Shown here: positions 18,723 through 28,592 of the stretch, piece after piece
Layout: every line of letters begins with the position of its first letter
Position numbering within the stretch: the stretch's first letter is position 1
Assembly (NCBI GenBank): GCA_038064515.1
Contig: JBBTSY010000009.1
Span: forward strand, 2,155-66,154
Reading direction: 5' to 3'
From: Patescibacteria group bacterium
Lineage (GTDB): Bacteria > Patescibacteriota > Minisyncoccia > 2-02-FULL-40-12 > GWA2-44-9
Length of the DNA stretch: 64,000 bases
The notes under the pieces: generated by a model
The model's database searches: none
What the model was told of the DNA's origin: nothing
The model's input: the letters and a program-made list of their open reading frames with translations, nothing else
Position numbers and translations under genes: made by a program

Positions 18723-19574
18723 TTACAGCTTTATGATATTAATGCCGCCGCGTTTGTCGATTTCGACGATTTTATAGCCATTGGTGTCGGCGAGAATATG
18801 ATCCTCGCCGCGGAACCAAGCGGCTTTTTTGATTGTTGCCGCAAAACGAGTGATAAGTTCTCGGTCGCCAGTCTTGTGATAGGGCTGGTAATCGGTGTCG
18901 TGAAGCCAGCCGACCCATACATCACGATCATTCCACCAAAGAATCTTTCGGCCATTGTCAGATATTGAAAATCCCGCAACATTGGGAGCATATAATGTTA
19001 GTGTGCCGTCCTTGTTTGTATAAAGAGTTTTATTTTCAAGAATAAATATTTCATCCGAGATAGGGGAGGCGCTAACTGACGCGGTAATACCGGGAGAGGA
19101 AGATCTGGTCGTTCGGGACGTGGTTTTGGGGACAGGTGAAGATGGCGGAATGGCAATTACAACATTGACCGATAGTAAAAGTTTTTCAAATTCTTCCAGA
19201 AGCTTTGGCGCTTCCGCTTCACTCATCGGTAGAATGATAATACGAGGAAAATCGGTGATATAACCTTCCTGCACGGTGACGGTTTTTTGCCACGGCGTAA
19301 ATCCTTCGCGGTCTAAACGGACAATATAGTTAGCGGGAAGGAGGCCGCTTATGGTGTGAGAATTTCCGAAGAGGGACGTCGTGCCGTCAAGCTCATCGTT
19401 TATGAATACTTTGGCATCGTCATTGACTTTAAGCTGGATCGTGCCCGTATGCAAAAACCGCTGTTCCTTAAAGCTGTATTTATATCCTTGGGCATAGACA
19501 ATAGCGATATAGCTGGCGCTGATAAAAATAAGAAGACCTAGATAAAAGAAAATTCGTCGGGCGTTTTTAGTCAT
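18723..19574 (-). CDS. PEGA domain membrane protein
   Basis: TM then YAQGY, AKVFIND...LLPANYIVRLDREGFTPWQKTV. Confidence 0.75.
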   Translation of the reverse strand: MTKNARRIFFYLGLLIFISASYIAIVYAQGYKYSFKEQRFLHTGTIQLKVNDDAKVFINDELDGTTSLFGNSHTISGLLPANYIVRLDREGFTPWQKTVTVQEGYITDFPRIIILPMSEAEAPKLLEEFEKLLLSVNVVIAIPPSSPVPKTTSRTTRSSSPGITASVSASPISDEIFILENKTLYTNKDGTLTLYAPNVAGFSISDNGRKILWWNDRDVWVGWLHDTDYQPYHKTGDRELITRFAATIKKAAWFRGEDHILADTNGYKIVEIDKRGGINIIKL

Positions 19575-19688
19575 GGAAGGTGTTAAAAATGTTCCTAAAG
19601 GATAGCATTTTTAAAGCTTTTTGACTAGTCGACCGGGAGTATGCCTGGTCATTTGATTTCACCTACTAAACCAGCTATAGTTGGTGGG

Positions 19689-19809
19689 ATGAATCCCGCA
19701 CAAAGCAGCCCCAACGGGTCTGATAGTCAAAACTGTAGTATGTCACATGTATTCTATAATCATCAGTACAAAGCTATGCCCAGTTTTGTACTGCTTCTAA
19801 CGGGATGAA
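19689..19809 (+). mobile_element. ATGAA-flanked hairpin element at mreB start
   Basis: GGGATGAA direct repeat at both ends; imperfect IR atcccgcacaaagcag/ctgcttctaacgggat; right end nearly identical to helicase element. Confidence 0.6.
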
Positions 19810-20806
19810 AAAGATAGGCATTGATCTTGGAACCACTAATACAGTTGTTTTCGTGCCTAAAAAAGGCATAGTTATCAACGAGCCGTCTGTTGTCGCGGTG
19901 TCAGTTCTCGATAATAAAATTATAGCCGTTGGCAATCTTGCGAAGGAAATGATCGGCCGCACTCCCGATAGCATCATCGTGTCCCAGCCACTAGTAGACG
20001 GCGCCATTGCGGATTATCGGATTACCGGCGCGATGCTTAAATATTTCATAAAGAAAGCAATTGGCGTTTTTAGCTTTATGAAACCGGAAGTTTTAATTTC
20101 GGTACCGGCCGGTATTACGTCAACGGAAAAACGCGCCGTCATCGAATCAACGCTCAACGCCGGAGCAAAAGCAGTCTATCTCGTTAAAGAGCCGGTGCTT
20201 GCCGCCATCGGATCAAAAATTTCCATCAACAGCCCGATTGGAAATATGATCCTGAATATCGGCGGAGGAACAACCGAGCTGGCTGTAATTTCGCTGGGCG
20301 GCATTGTAAGCTGGTCATCAGTCCGTATCGGCGGTAATAAGTTTGATTTCACTATCGTTGAATACGTTAAAAAGAAGCACGGTCTTGCTATTGGCGAACG
20401 AACCGCCGAACTTATTAAAATAAATATTGGCAGTGCGGTGAAGCAAGCGCAAGAAGATAAAATCAATATCCGTGGCCGCGACCTTGCGACCGGACTGCCT
20501 AAGACTATCGAAATTACTACGAATGAAATTACAGAGGCTCTAAATGAAAGTTTGCGTGAGATTGTCCAGATCGTGAAGAGCGTACTCGAGGTAACTCCGC
20601 CGGAACTCTGTTCAGACATCATGGATCGCGGAATTGTAATATCGGGTGGCGGCGCGCTACTTCGCAATATTGATCAACTGATCACCCGTATAACAGGTGT
20701 TCCCGCCCGCATAGCCGACGATCCGCTTTTCTGCGTCGCTCGTGGTACCGGCATCGTGCTTGAAAACCTGGATGTCTATAAGAAAAATGTCATCGCAAAG
20801 CGCTAA
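19805..20806 (+). CDS. mreB: rod shape-determining protein MreB
   Basis: [32 protein letters not shown]. Confidence 0.95.
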   Translation: MKKIGIDLGTTNTVVFVPKKGIVINEPSVVAVSVLDNKIIAVGNLAKEMIGRTPDSIIVSQPLVDGAIADYRITGAMLKYFIKKAIGVFSFMKPEVLISVPAGITSTEKRAVIESTLNAGAKAVYLVKEPVLAAIGSKISINSPIGNMILNIGGGTTELAVISLGGIVSWSSVRIGGNKFDFTIVEYVKKKHGLAIGERTAELIKINIGSAVKQAQEDKINIRGRDLATGLPKTIEITTNEITEALNESLREIVQIVKSVLEVTPPELCSDIMDRGIVISGGGALLRNIDQLITRITGVPARIADDPLFCVARGTGIVLENLDVYKKNVIAKR

Positions 20807-20955
20807 TGAATCCTCACACTCACCTGACGAGCTGTTCCTGGTGGCGAGGATGGTCATGGATAATAGCATAATATGTCGTGTAATAGTTTGCTGCGCTGTA
20901 AGCACTTCGCTTAGCGGAACGCGAGCCATTACTCGTCAGCGAGTGTAAGGATGAA
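20806..20955 (+). mobile_element. ATGAA-flanked structured element, CCTCACACTC family copy 1
   Basis: ATGAATCCTCACACTCACCTGACGAG...CTCGTCAGCGAGTGTAAGGATGAA; homologous to 26572 and 35376 copies. Confidence 0.8.
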
Positions 20956-22024
20956 AATCGCACTTGTTCATGATTGGCTTGACATGCTCGGCGGTGCGGA
21001 GCGGGTTCTTATCGAATTGCATAAGATGTTTCCCGAAGCGCCAATCTATACGTTATTTGCCGAAGAGCAATTTTTAAAAAAGTATCTGCCCGAAGCACGT
21101 ATCATAACGAGTGGCATTCAAAATCTTCCATTTCGCCGCAGTGCTTTATGGGCGCCGGCAATGTGCGTGGCGATAGAGTTGTTTGATCTCTCCGCGTACG
21201 ATATTGTCATTTCTTCATCGGTATTTTTTTCAAAGGGATTAGTGTTGCGTCCTCGGACAAAACATATTTGCTATTGCTATAGTCCTACGCGGCAGTTGTG
21301 GGATCGAAATATTGAATCAAGACGAGGGATATTTGCCGCGATAGGCAAGAATATTTTGAGACTGTGGGACAGCCATTCGTCTGGACGGGTCGATTATTTT
21401 GTGGCGATTTCAAAGCACGTCCAGGATCGCATACGAAAATATTATCGTCGCGATTCAAAAATCATTTACCCGCCCGCAACATCGTTTGCACGGAAAGCCT
21501 CAACGGCTCCCGGAGAAGATTATTACCTTATCATTTCGCGACTGTACCCCCACAAAAACCTCGACATTGCTATCGAAGCTTTTAATAAACTGGGGTATAG
21601 TCTCTATATCATCGGTGACGGGCCGCTAAGAAACAGGCTTTCAAAACTGGCAGACGCTAATATCCGATTTTTAGGAGAGCTAAACGATGACGAAGTGGCT
21701 CGCTATTATCAATATGCCAAGGCATTTATTATGCCGCAGGAGGAAGATTTCGGATTGACCGCTGTCGAAGCAATGAGTTTTGGCAAGCCGATTCTTGCTT
21801 TGCGCAAAGGCGGCGCCCTTGAAATTGTCCAGGAAGGAATTAGCGGAGAATTTTTTGACGATCCGATCGCAGAAGGGCTTGCCGACGGCGTACGCAGATT
21901 AAACGAACAAACCTACGATTCGGAGATGATTAAAACGGCCGCTAAGAAATTTTCTACTGATACTTTCCGTACCGAAATACAAAACCTCATCCATGAAACT
22001 TTTTCTCATCACCATCAATTATAA
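20951..22024 (+). CDS. glycosyltransferase family 4
   Basis: VHDWL..GGAERV, SRLYPHKN, EEDFGLTAVEAM. Confidence 0.92.
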   Translation: MKIALVHDWLDMLGGAERVLIELHKMFPEAPIYTLFAEEQFLKKYLPEARIITSGIQNLPFRRSALWAPAMCVAIELFDLSAYDIVISSSVFFSKGLVLRPRTKHICYCYSPTRQLWDRNIESRRGIFAAIGKNILRLWDSHSSGRVDYFVAISKHVQDRIRKYYRRDSKIIYPPATSFARKASTAPGEDYYLIISRLYPHKNLDIAIEAFNKLGYSLYIIGDGPLRNRLSKLADANIRFLGELNDDEVARYYQYAKAFIMPQEEDFGLTAVEAMSFGKPILALRKGGALEIVQEGISGEFFDDPIAEGLADGVRRLNEQTYDSEMIKTAAKKFSTDTFRTEIQNLIHETFSHHHQL

Positions 22025-22859
22025 CGGATCTAAAGATACGATTGCCTTCGCCCGTTCGCTTAATCAGCAGACCGATCCTGATTTTTCATTGATTATCATT
22101 GATAATGCTTCGACTCCCGAGGAGCTTATCGCCGTTGAACAACTGCGGAATCTACCGTTTGTGAATCTCGTTCCCAGTGAGACGAATCTCGGGTTTTCCG
22201 GTGGTAATAATGTCGGCATTCGAAAGGCGCTCCAACAGGACGCCGACTGGGTACTACTCATTAATAATGATACGCATGTTGAGTTAAGCTTCATATTATG
22301 CCTTAAACAAGGCTTGAAAGAGCGGCAGGGAATCGTGGGCGTACCGTTGCAGAAAAATGAACGTGTAGCGTATGCCGGCAATGTGGCGTGGCTAAAACCG
22401 ACTCTTTTGCATCAGTACGAGCCGTTAAAGAACGGAATAAACCATTATGCCATCGGGGCAGGCCTTGCCATCCATCAAGGCGTATTTGGAAAGATCGGTT
22501 TCCTGGATGAGCGGTATTTTCTTTACTTTGAAGATGCTGATTTCACGCTGACGGCGCGGAAGGCCGGGATTTCCATTTCCTTTCTCACCGAACCGAAGAT
22601 TCATCACCAGATTTCTCAATCAACGGACAAGCTTGGGTCGCCACTACTCTTACGGTACCACTATCGCAATATGTTTTTATTCAATCAAAAACACGCACCC
22701 GCGCATATTAAGATTTTATTGCCCCTGTGGGTATTTTTAGGTATAGTGAAACAAACGCTAAAACTGATTTTTCTTCCGTCCGAACGTCCTGAATCGAAAG
22801 CAATTATCACCGGCATCAAGGATTATGTGATGGGAAAATTCGGCAAGCTCCATGCTTAA
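21993..22859 (+). CDS. glycosyltransferase family 2
   Basis: INYN, DNAS, NLGFSGGNN, LINND, DERYFLYFED. Confidence 0.9.
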   Translation: MKLFLITINYNGSKDTIAFARSLNQQTDPDFSLIIIDNASTPEELIAVEQLRNLPFVNLVPSETNLGFSGGNNVGIRKALQQDADWVLLINNDTHVELSFILCLKQGLKERQGIVGVPLQKNERVAYAGNVAWLKPTLLHQYEPLKNGINHYAIGAGLAIHQGVFGKIGFLDERYFLYFEDADFTLTARKAGISISFLTEPKIHHQISQSTDKLGSPLLLRYHYRNMFLFNQKHAPAHIKILLPLWVFLGIVKQTLKLIFLPSERPESKAIITGIKDYVMGKFGKLHA

Positions 22860-23955
22860 AATTGGCATTGAATGCGAATCTATCGAGTACGATTCGTACG
22901 GCATTGCCCGTGCAATCAATAAACTCCTCGAAGAAATAGTCCGTCGCCCAGAACTCCAGCAAGAGTTCAAATTTTATTTATATTTCAAATCCAAGATTCC
23001 AAACTATCCATATCTGAATAACCCCATTTTCACCAAACGCATTATCGGTCCTGACTCATTCAGCCTATATTACTACATCATGCTACCGATTCGTCTTCTG
23101 TTTGACGGCTTGCACGTCATGTATTTTCCTAATTACATGCTACCGCTGATCTTTGTGGGGAAATCGCTTGTCCTATCTGTGCACGATGCTTATTACGAGG
23201 CTCGGTCCAGGAACATTCCGTTTCGATATCGACTGGCGTATCGAATTTTTGCCACTTGGGGCGCGGTACATGGCACAAAAGTCATGGCTATCTCGGAGTT
23301 TGGCAAGCGGGAGTTGGAGCAGGTCTATAGAATTAACCCAAACCGCATCGTCGTAAATTATCTAGCCGTCGATCCGCCGGCGGACGTACCTCCGTATTCG
23401 CTTCAACGATATTTCCTTTTTGTCGGTCAGGCATTTCCCCGGCGCTTTCTTAGGGAGACGCTGTTGGCGTTTGAAAAGATCGCTCGCGCGTATTCAGATG
23501 TTAATTTTATCGTAGTCGGAAAAGATAAATATTCTCCATCGATTATTCAAAATCTCATCGGAGAGATTAATGAACATTTAGGGTCCGAGCGGATAATAAT
23601 CAAAGATCAGGTAAGCGATGATAAGCTTGCTTCTTTATATGCCGCCGCTCAGGCAGTCACATATATTTCTACCAAAGAAGCCTTTGGCTTGCCGCCAATC
23701 GAAGGATTGGCGTATAAGGCCATGCCGATCGTGGCCGATACCGCGATGAGTCATGAATTGTTCGACAAAGCGGCATTTTTCGTGAAGCGTCCCGATTCAG
23801 TTGAGGAAATTGCGCAGGTTTTAGAAGAATCACTGATAAATACCGAAAAGCGAAATGCAATTCTCGCGGCGCGTGAGGCCATCCTCCAGAAATTTACATG
23901 GCAGGGACATGCGGACCGGTTTCTCGCTATCGTTCGCGATATTGCTCAACGCTAA
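22852..23955 (+). CDS. glycosyltransferase family 4
   Basis: VHD, AISE, EAFGLPPIEGL, FTW motifs. Confidence 0.88.
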   Translation: MLKIGIECESIEYDSYGIARAINKLLEEIVRRPELQQEFKFYLYFKSKIPNYPYLNNPIFTKRIIGPDSFSLYYYIMLPIRLLFDGLHVMYFPNYMLPLIFVGKSLVLSVHDAYYEARSRNIPFRYRLAYRIFATWGAVHGTKVMAISEFGKRELEQVYRINPNRIVVNYLAVDPPADVPPYSLQRYFLFVGQAFPRRFLRETLLAFEKIARAYSDVNFIVVGKDKYSPSIIQNLIGEINEHLGSERIIIKDQVSDDKLASLYAAAQAVTYISTKEAFGLPPIEGLAYKAMPIVADTAMSHELFDKAAFFVKRPDSVEEIAQVLEESLINTEKRNAILAAREAILQKFTWQGHADRFLAIVRDIAQR

Positions 23956-23956
23956 T

Positions 23957-25537
23957 ATGCTTAAACTTCGACCCGCTCACTATCTCTTCATAATTCAGCT
24001 TCTGTTTTTTATCCTTGTCATTCTAGGAATTTTGCCGCGGGCGGTAATGCTGTATGTTACTGCTTTTATTGCAATAGTTTTAATGCGCCAGCCGCTCAAG
24101 GAAGGAGTTTTATTTTTCGTTCAATCAATTCCGTTCTTCGTGGCGCTGCCCTTTACTGAAGGCTTTGATAGTTTCAACGCCTGGCGCATCATTTTGCTTC
24201 TTCTTTTTTTGAAATGGGCTTTTGAAGTGGAATTAAAACCACGGTTGGTATCGCTACTGGATGCAATTCGCAGGCCGGGCGATTTCATAAAGAAGCATCC
24301 GTACGGCGCAGGAGGAGTTTTACTTTTGCTCCTGGCATTTTTATCGCTTATCGACGCACCGCAAGTAGGCGCCGGAATAAAGCGGATTATTTATTTCACG
24401 AACATCGCATTTATCGGAATAATCATTCACGATCTTATCCGGCGTGATAAAAATTTCACACTGGAACTTATTCGAGCGATTAGAATCCCGACGATGCTCG
24501 TGATCTTGGCGGGGTTTATTCAAGTTGCCTCGACATATTTTATCGATATCTATCAATTCATGCGCCTGTGGGGAGAGGGGATTCAATGTAATCAATTCGG
24601 CAGTCAGTGGTGCGAGATCGCGGTGCGCCTTGGCAACACCTGGTTTGCATATTATGGGGAACAGCTGTCGTTGCGAGTTTTTTCTCTGTTTCCTGATTCT
24701 CATTCTTTTCCGCAATTCGTACTTTTGGGCATACCGGCATTATTGGCATATGGAGTCTCAAATATCACCTCGGCGCCGGAACGTTTAAATCGCTTTAAGG
24801 TCCTCATTATGACCAGGGGGAGGCTTGCCATTCTTTGGGTGCCTGCGGCGCTTCTAATCGCAATTTTAAGCGGTACGCGAGGTATTTGGGCCGCTAGCTT
24901 AGGAGTTGTTCTTATGATTATCGCGATAAACTACCTTTTAGTCCATTTTCGAGCTTCCCAAACGCATAAAACGTTTTTTCGCTATATTACGTCCTACTTA
25001 ACGCTTTTCTTTTTGCTTTTCAGCATTGCGTATCCTATTTTTACGTCGCCGCAATTTTTATTATCAAAAGGGGATTTCGGCCTATTTAGAAACAGGGTTA
25101 GATCGATTATCGATTTTGGCGAGACATCGAATCGCCAGCGTATTGAGATTTGGAAGAAATCGGTTGCTTCAATCGGCCGCCAGCCATTTCTGGGCGTGGG
25201 GATTGGAAATTTTCCCGTCGTGCTTGGTCAGGATATCTTCCTTGCCCGTGCTGGATCATCGGCCCATAATATTTATCTCCATATCGCGGCAGAAATGGGC
25301 ATACCGGCACTGCTTGCAGTTTTGGGTCTCTTAAGTCTTTTCTTTATCCGCATCTACAAAACATACGTTCTGGAACAAAACCCATTTGTCATGACGTATC
25401 TTGCCGGAGCAATGCTCTTCATCCCCTGGGTTTTAATTTATTCTTTGACCGATGTAGCTCTTTTTGATGAACGCGCCATGCTCTTTTTTACAACAACTTT
25501 AGCGCTCATCGCGGGAGTGGACCGCTATTATGAATAA
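23957..25537 (+). CDS. O-antigen ligase/polymerase family membrane protein
   Basis: Multi-TM; LSGTRG, RIEIW, PFLGVGIGNF, AHNIYLHIAAEMG. Confidence 0.88.
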   Translation: MLKLRPAHYLFIIQLLFFILVILGILPRAVMLYVTAFIAIVLMRQPLKEGVLFFVQSIPFFVALPFTEGFDSFNAWRIILLLLFLKWAFEVELKPRLVSLLDAIRRPGDFIKKHPYGAGGVLLLLLAFLSLIDAPQVGAGIKRIIYFTNIAFIGIIIHDLIRRDKNFTLELIRAIRIPTMLVILAGFIQVASTYFIDIYQFMRLWGEGIQCNQFGSQWCEIAVRLGNTWFAYYGEQLSLRVFSLFPDSHSFPQFVLLGIPALLAYGVSNITSAPERLNRFKVLIMTRGRLAILWVPAALLIAILSGTRGIWAASLGVVLMIIAINYLLVHFRASQTHKTFFRYITSYLTLFFLLFSIAYPIFTSPQFLLSKGDFGLFRNRVRSIIDFGETSNRQRIEIWKKSVASIGRQPFLGVGIGNFPVVLGQDIFLARAGSSAHNIYLHIAAEMGIPALLAVLGLLSLFFIRIYKTYVLEQNPFVMTYLAGAMLFIPWVLIYSLTDVALFDERAMLFFTTTLALIAGVDRYYE

Positions 25538-26555
25538 ACCTCTCGTCACAATTAATTTGGTCGTCAATAACGGAGAAAAATATCTTCGTTATTGTCTGGA
25601 TCACGTCAGAAGGCAAACGTACGAGAATTTGGAGGTCAATGTCTTTGATAACGCTTCAATTGATTCGACACGTGATATTGTTCAAAGAGAATATCCTGAA
25701 TTTAACCTGATCGCACACCCCCAAAACTTGGGCATGTGGCCGGGTCAGGAGGAGGCGCTCAAATCAAGTCATGGCTTTTATATTGTCGGGCTCTCTGTCG
25801 ACGTAATGATGCATCCGCAATTTGTGAAAAACGCTATCCGGGTGTGCGAAGCTGATCCTTTGATCGGCGCTCTGCAAGCTAAAATACTGCGCTATGATTT
25901 CCAACAACTGGCAGACGGATCATATGACGCTTCGAAAATCATTGATACATGCGGATTTCGCCTTGCTCGATCGCGTCGGGTGATGAATGTTGGTCACGGA
26001 GCCTTTGATTATGGCCAGCATGACCAAGCAACTGAAATATTTGCCGCAGAAGGAGCGGTGCCATTTTTCAAAAAAGAAGCCCTGGAAGCCATCCGCATCG
26101 ACGGCGCTATTGTCGATCACGACTATTTCTGGTACGGAGACGACCTAGACCTTACTTGGCGAATGCAGCTATTTGGATGGAAGCAGTGGTATGATCCCGA
26201 CGTCATTGCATATCATGACCGCTCGACGACAAAAGGACACAGCCGGAGCATGATGGATTATTTCCGCAGAGTTAAGACACGACAGCAAATACCGATCAGA
26301 AAACGCATTCTCGACTGGTCGAACGTGCGGTTTACAATTATTAAAAATGATTATATAATAAACATCTTGAAGGACGCGCCCTACATCGCGATTAGGGAGA
26401 TTCAGGTTTTAGGTTTCGCGCTGCTGTTTGAGCCCCAGATTTTTCTAGAAATTCCTCGCTTTCTCGGGCTTCTTCCGGCGATGCTCCGCAAGCGTCGGCT
26501 CGTGATGGCGAAAGCGAAAAAATCTCCTCAAGAAATGCACACATGGTTCATCTAA
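25530..26555 (+). CDS. glycosyltransferase family 2
   Basis: FDNASID, YFWYGDDLDLTWR, AYHDR. Confidence 0.88.
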   Translation: MNKPLVTINLVVNNGEKYLRYCLDHVRRQTYENLEVNVFDNASIDSTRDIVQREYPEFNLIAHPQNLGMWPGQEEALKSSHGFYIVGLSVDVMMHPQFVKNAIRVCEADPLIGALQAKILRYDFQQLADGSYDASKIIDTCGFRLARSRRVMNVGHGAFDYGQHDQATEIFAAEGAVPFFKKEALEAIRIDGAIVDHDYFWYGDDLDLTWRMQLFGWKQWYDPDVIAYHDRSTTKGHSRSMMDYFRRVKTRQQIPIRKRILDWSNVRFTIIKNDYIINILKDAPYIAIREIQVLGFALLFEPQIFLEIPRFLGLLPAMLRKRRLVMAKAKKSPQEMHTWFI

Positions 26556-26571
26556 TTATCTTATTATCGGC

Positions 26572-26724
26572 ATGAATCCTCACACTCACTGAAGAGCTGT
26601 TCCTGGTGATGGCGAGGGTTTATATGAATATATCCATAATACACTGATTGTATGACTTGCTTGTCCGCAATACCAAGTAAGGCGGAACGCGAGCCATTAC
26701 TCTTCAGTGAGTGTGAGGATGAAT
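26572..26724 (+). mobile_element. ATGAA-flanked structured element, CCTCACACTC family copy 2
   Basis: Perfect 21-bp IR 26576-26596/26700-26720; ATGAAT at both ends. Confidence 0.8.
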
Positions 26725-27744
26725 TTACAGCCAGACTTTAATGAAAAGCCTCGCCTCCGTTTTAACCGCAAAGGGGTAATTTTGAGTTCAATCTTCATTG
26801 TTATGTTTCTACTTGGTGCCGGCTATACTGCGTATAATTGGTCTGATAGCCTATTAGTGGATGCTGGTAAAGCCAACTGGAAGGAGAATCTTTTTCCGTT
26901 TGGCGGCGATAAGCCGGTGGAAACCGATTACGTGATGCCGAAAGCCGAAGCCAACCGATATGATATTCTTATTCTTGGCGTTCGAGGAAAAGATGACCCG
27001 GACGGCGGAAATTTAACTGATACCATCATGCTGTTTAGCCTCGATAAGACAACGGGCCGATCAACACTCGTTTCTATCCCGCGCGATCTCTATGTGCGGA
27101 TCAGTAAAGACAAGAAGGAAAAAATCAATGCCGTATATGCCTATCTTGGCTTAAGAAGCACCGAAAAACTCGTTTCTCAAATCACCGGCGTGTATGTCGA
27201 TAATAGTATCGTTTTTGATTTCTCTTCATTCAAGAAAATCATCGATGATCTCGGAGGGATCGATATCGTTCTCGATAAACCATTTGAAGAAACAACGCAG
27301 TGGGGATATGTATTTAAGCTTCCAACGGGCCTCAACCACTTAGACGGGGAAAACGCTTTATATTATGTCCGATCCCGCTACTCCTCAAATGACTTTGATC
27401 GCGCTCGCCGACAGCAGCAAGTTATGTTTGCCATCAAAAATAAGGTGATTCAGATGGACTTTCTTTCAAGCCCTGTTCGCAGTTTGAGCCTCCTAAACAC
27501 GCTCAAGAAAAATATCAATACCGACATTAATCTCCTTGATATTAAAGGTTTGATTGAACTTGCTCAACAGGTAAACGTCGATAAAGTAAATCGCCATATT
27601 CTTTCCACGGCTGATTATCTCTATGAAAGTGTTGGTGAGGCGGGTGCTTATGTGCTTTTACCGCAGGGAGATAATTTCAATCGTCTTAAGACTTTTTTCC
27701 AGGATTTTCTGAAACCCGTCTCTGCCGTCTCAAAGAAATCATGA
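26719..27744 (+). CDS. LytR-CpsA-Psr (LCP) family phosphotransferase
   Basis: ILILG, TDTIML, SIPRDLYV, KINA, YVRSR, DFDRARRQQ. Confidence 0.93.
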   Translation: MNLQPDFNEKPRLRFNRKGVILSSIFIVMFLLGAGYTAYNWSDSLLVDAGKANWKENLFPFGGDKPVETDYVMPKAEANRYDILILGVRGKDDPDGGNLTDTIMLFSLDKTTGRSTLVSIPRDLYVRISKDKKEKINAVYAYLGLRSTEKLVSQITGVYVDNSIVFDFSSFKKIIDDLGGIDIVLDKPFEETTQWGYVFKLPTGLNHLDGENALYYVRSRYSSNDFDRARRQQQVMFAIKNKVIQMDFLSSPVRSLSLLNTLKKNINTDINLLDIKGLIELAQQVNVDKVNRHILSTADYLYESVGEAGAYVLLPQGDNFNRLKTFFQDFLKPVSAVSKKS

Positions 27745-28592
27745 TGCTCTCTGTCATCATCCTAAGCTACCGTAACCCCGCCCTTTTGCGTCTCTGCTTG
27801 AAATCGCTTGTCGCGGCACTTCCGAAAGACTTCAACTATGAAATAGTCGTCGTTGATAATGCCACTCGGTCCGAGACCCGGAATGTGGTCTGTGACGAAT
27901 TCAAAGAAGCCTTTCGTTCTATTAAGTTCGTACCGATCAAGAAAAATTCCGGCTATACGCGAGGAATTAATGAAGGTATTAGTGCCGCTCAAGGCGAATA
28001 TTTCCTAGCGCTAAATCAGGATATCGTGGTGTTAAAAGGCGCTGTTGAAAAGCTTCTCTTGTATTTTAAAGATCATCTTGAAATAGGATTAATCGGTCCG
28101 GAGCTCCTTAATTTTAACGGCACACACCAAGACTCTTATTTTCGCTTCTACACACCCGTAACAATCTTTTATCGACGCATCGGATATCTGCCATTTGCTC
28201 GAAGAATACTAGACCCGTTTCTTTTAAGGGAAACAGATCCCTCAAAAGTCCAAAAGCCCGACTGGGTTTCGGGAGCGGCATTTATGACTTCTCGGGAGGC
28301 AATCAAAAAAGTCGGCCTGCTCGACGAAAAACTTTTCCATTATTTCAGTGACGTTGACTGGGCACGAAGATTTTGGGAGAATGGATATCAAGTTGTTTAT
28401 TATCCAGAAGCAAAGTTTTACCATTACCTGGGACGAAGTTCGAAGGGCAAACTGTTGATCTTCGATATATTTTTCAATCAAACAACCCGTTGGCATATCA
28501 AGGATTTCTGGAGATATTTCAGAAAATACGGATTCCTAACGCGGCATTCTGCGAGGAACATCTCACAGCCATCACATGCAACCACTTACTAG
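27741..28592 (+). CDS. glycosyltransferase family 2
   Basis: VVDNA, LNQD, DWVSGA, DEKLFHYFSDVD. Confidence 0.9.
   Translation: MMLSVIILSYRNPALLRLCLKSLVAALPKDFNYEIVVVDNATRSETRNVVCDEFKEAFRSIKFVPIKKNSGYTRGINEGISAAQGEYFLALNQDIVVLKGAVEKLLLYFKDHLEIGLIGPELLNFNGTHQDSYFRFYTPVTIFYRRIGYLPFARRILDPFLLRETDPSKVQKPDWVSGAAFMTSREAIKKVGLLDEKLFHYFSDVDWARRFWENGYQVVYYPEAKFYHYLGRSSKGKLLIFDIFFNQTTRWHIKDFWRYFRKYGFLTRHSARNISQPSHATTY

Noticed and set aside
20824-20830. CUGANGA hammerhead core in the ATGAA elements
   Set aside because: The motif is paired in the closing stem, is CAGACGA in copy 3, and has no properly placed GAAA partner
20806-20871. Trp-rich 21-aa uORF (MNPHTHLTSCSWWRGWSWIIA) as a trp attenuator leader
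   Set aside because: Not conserved in the other two copies (6 aa and 48 aa read-through), and the downstream gene is a glycosyltransferase
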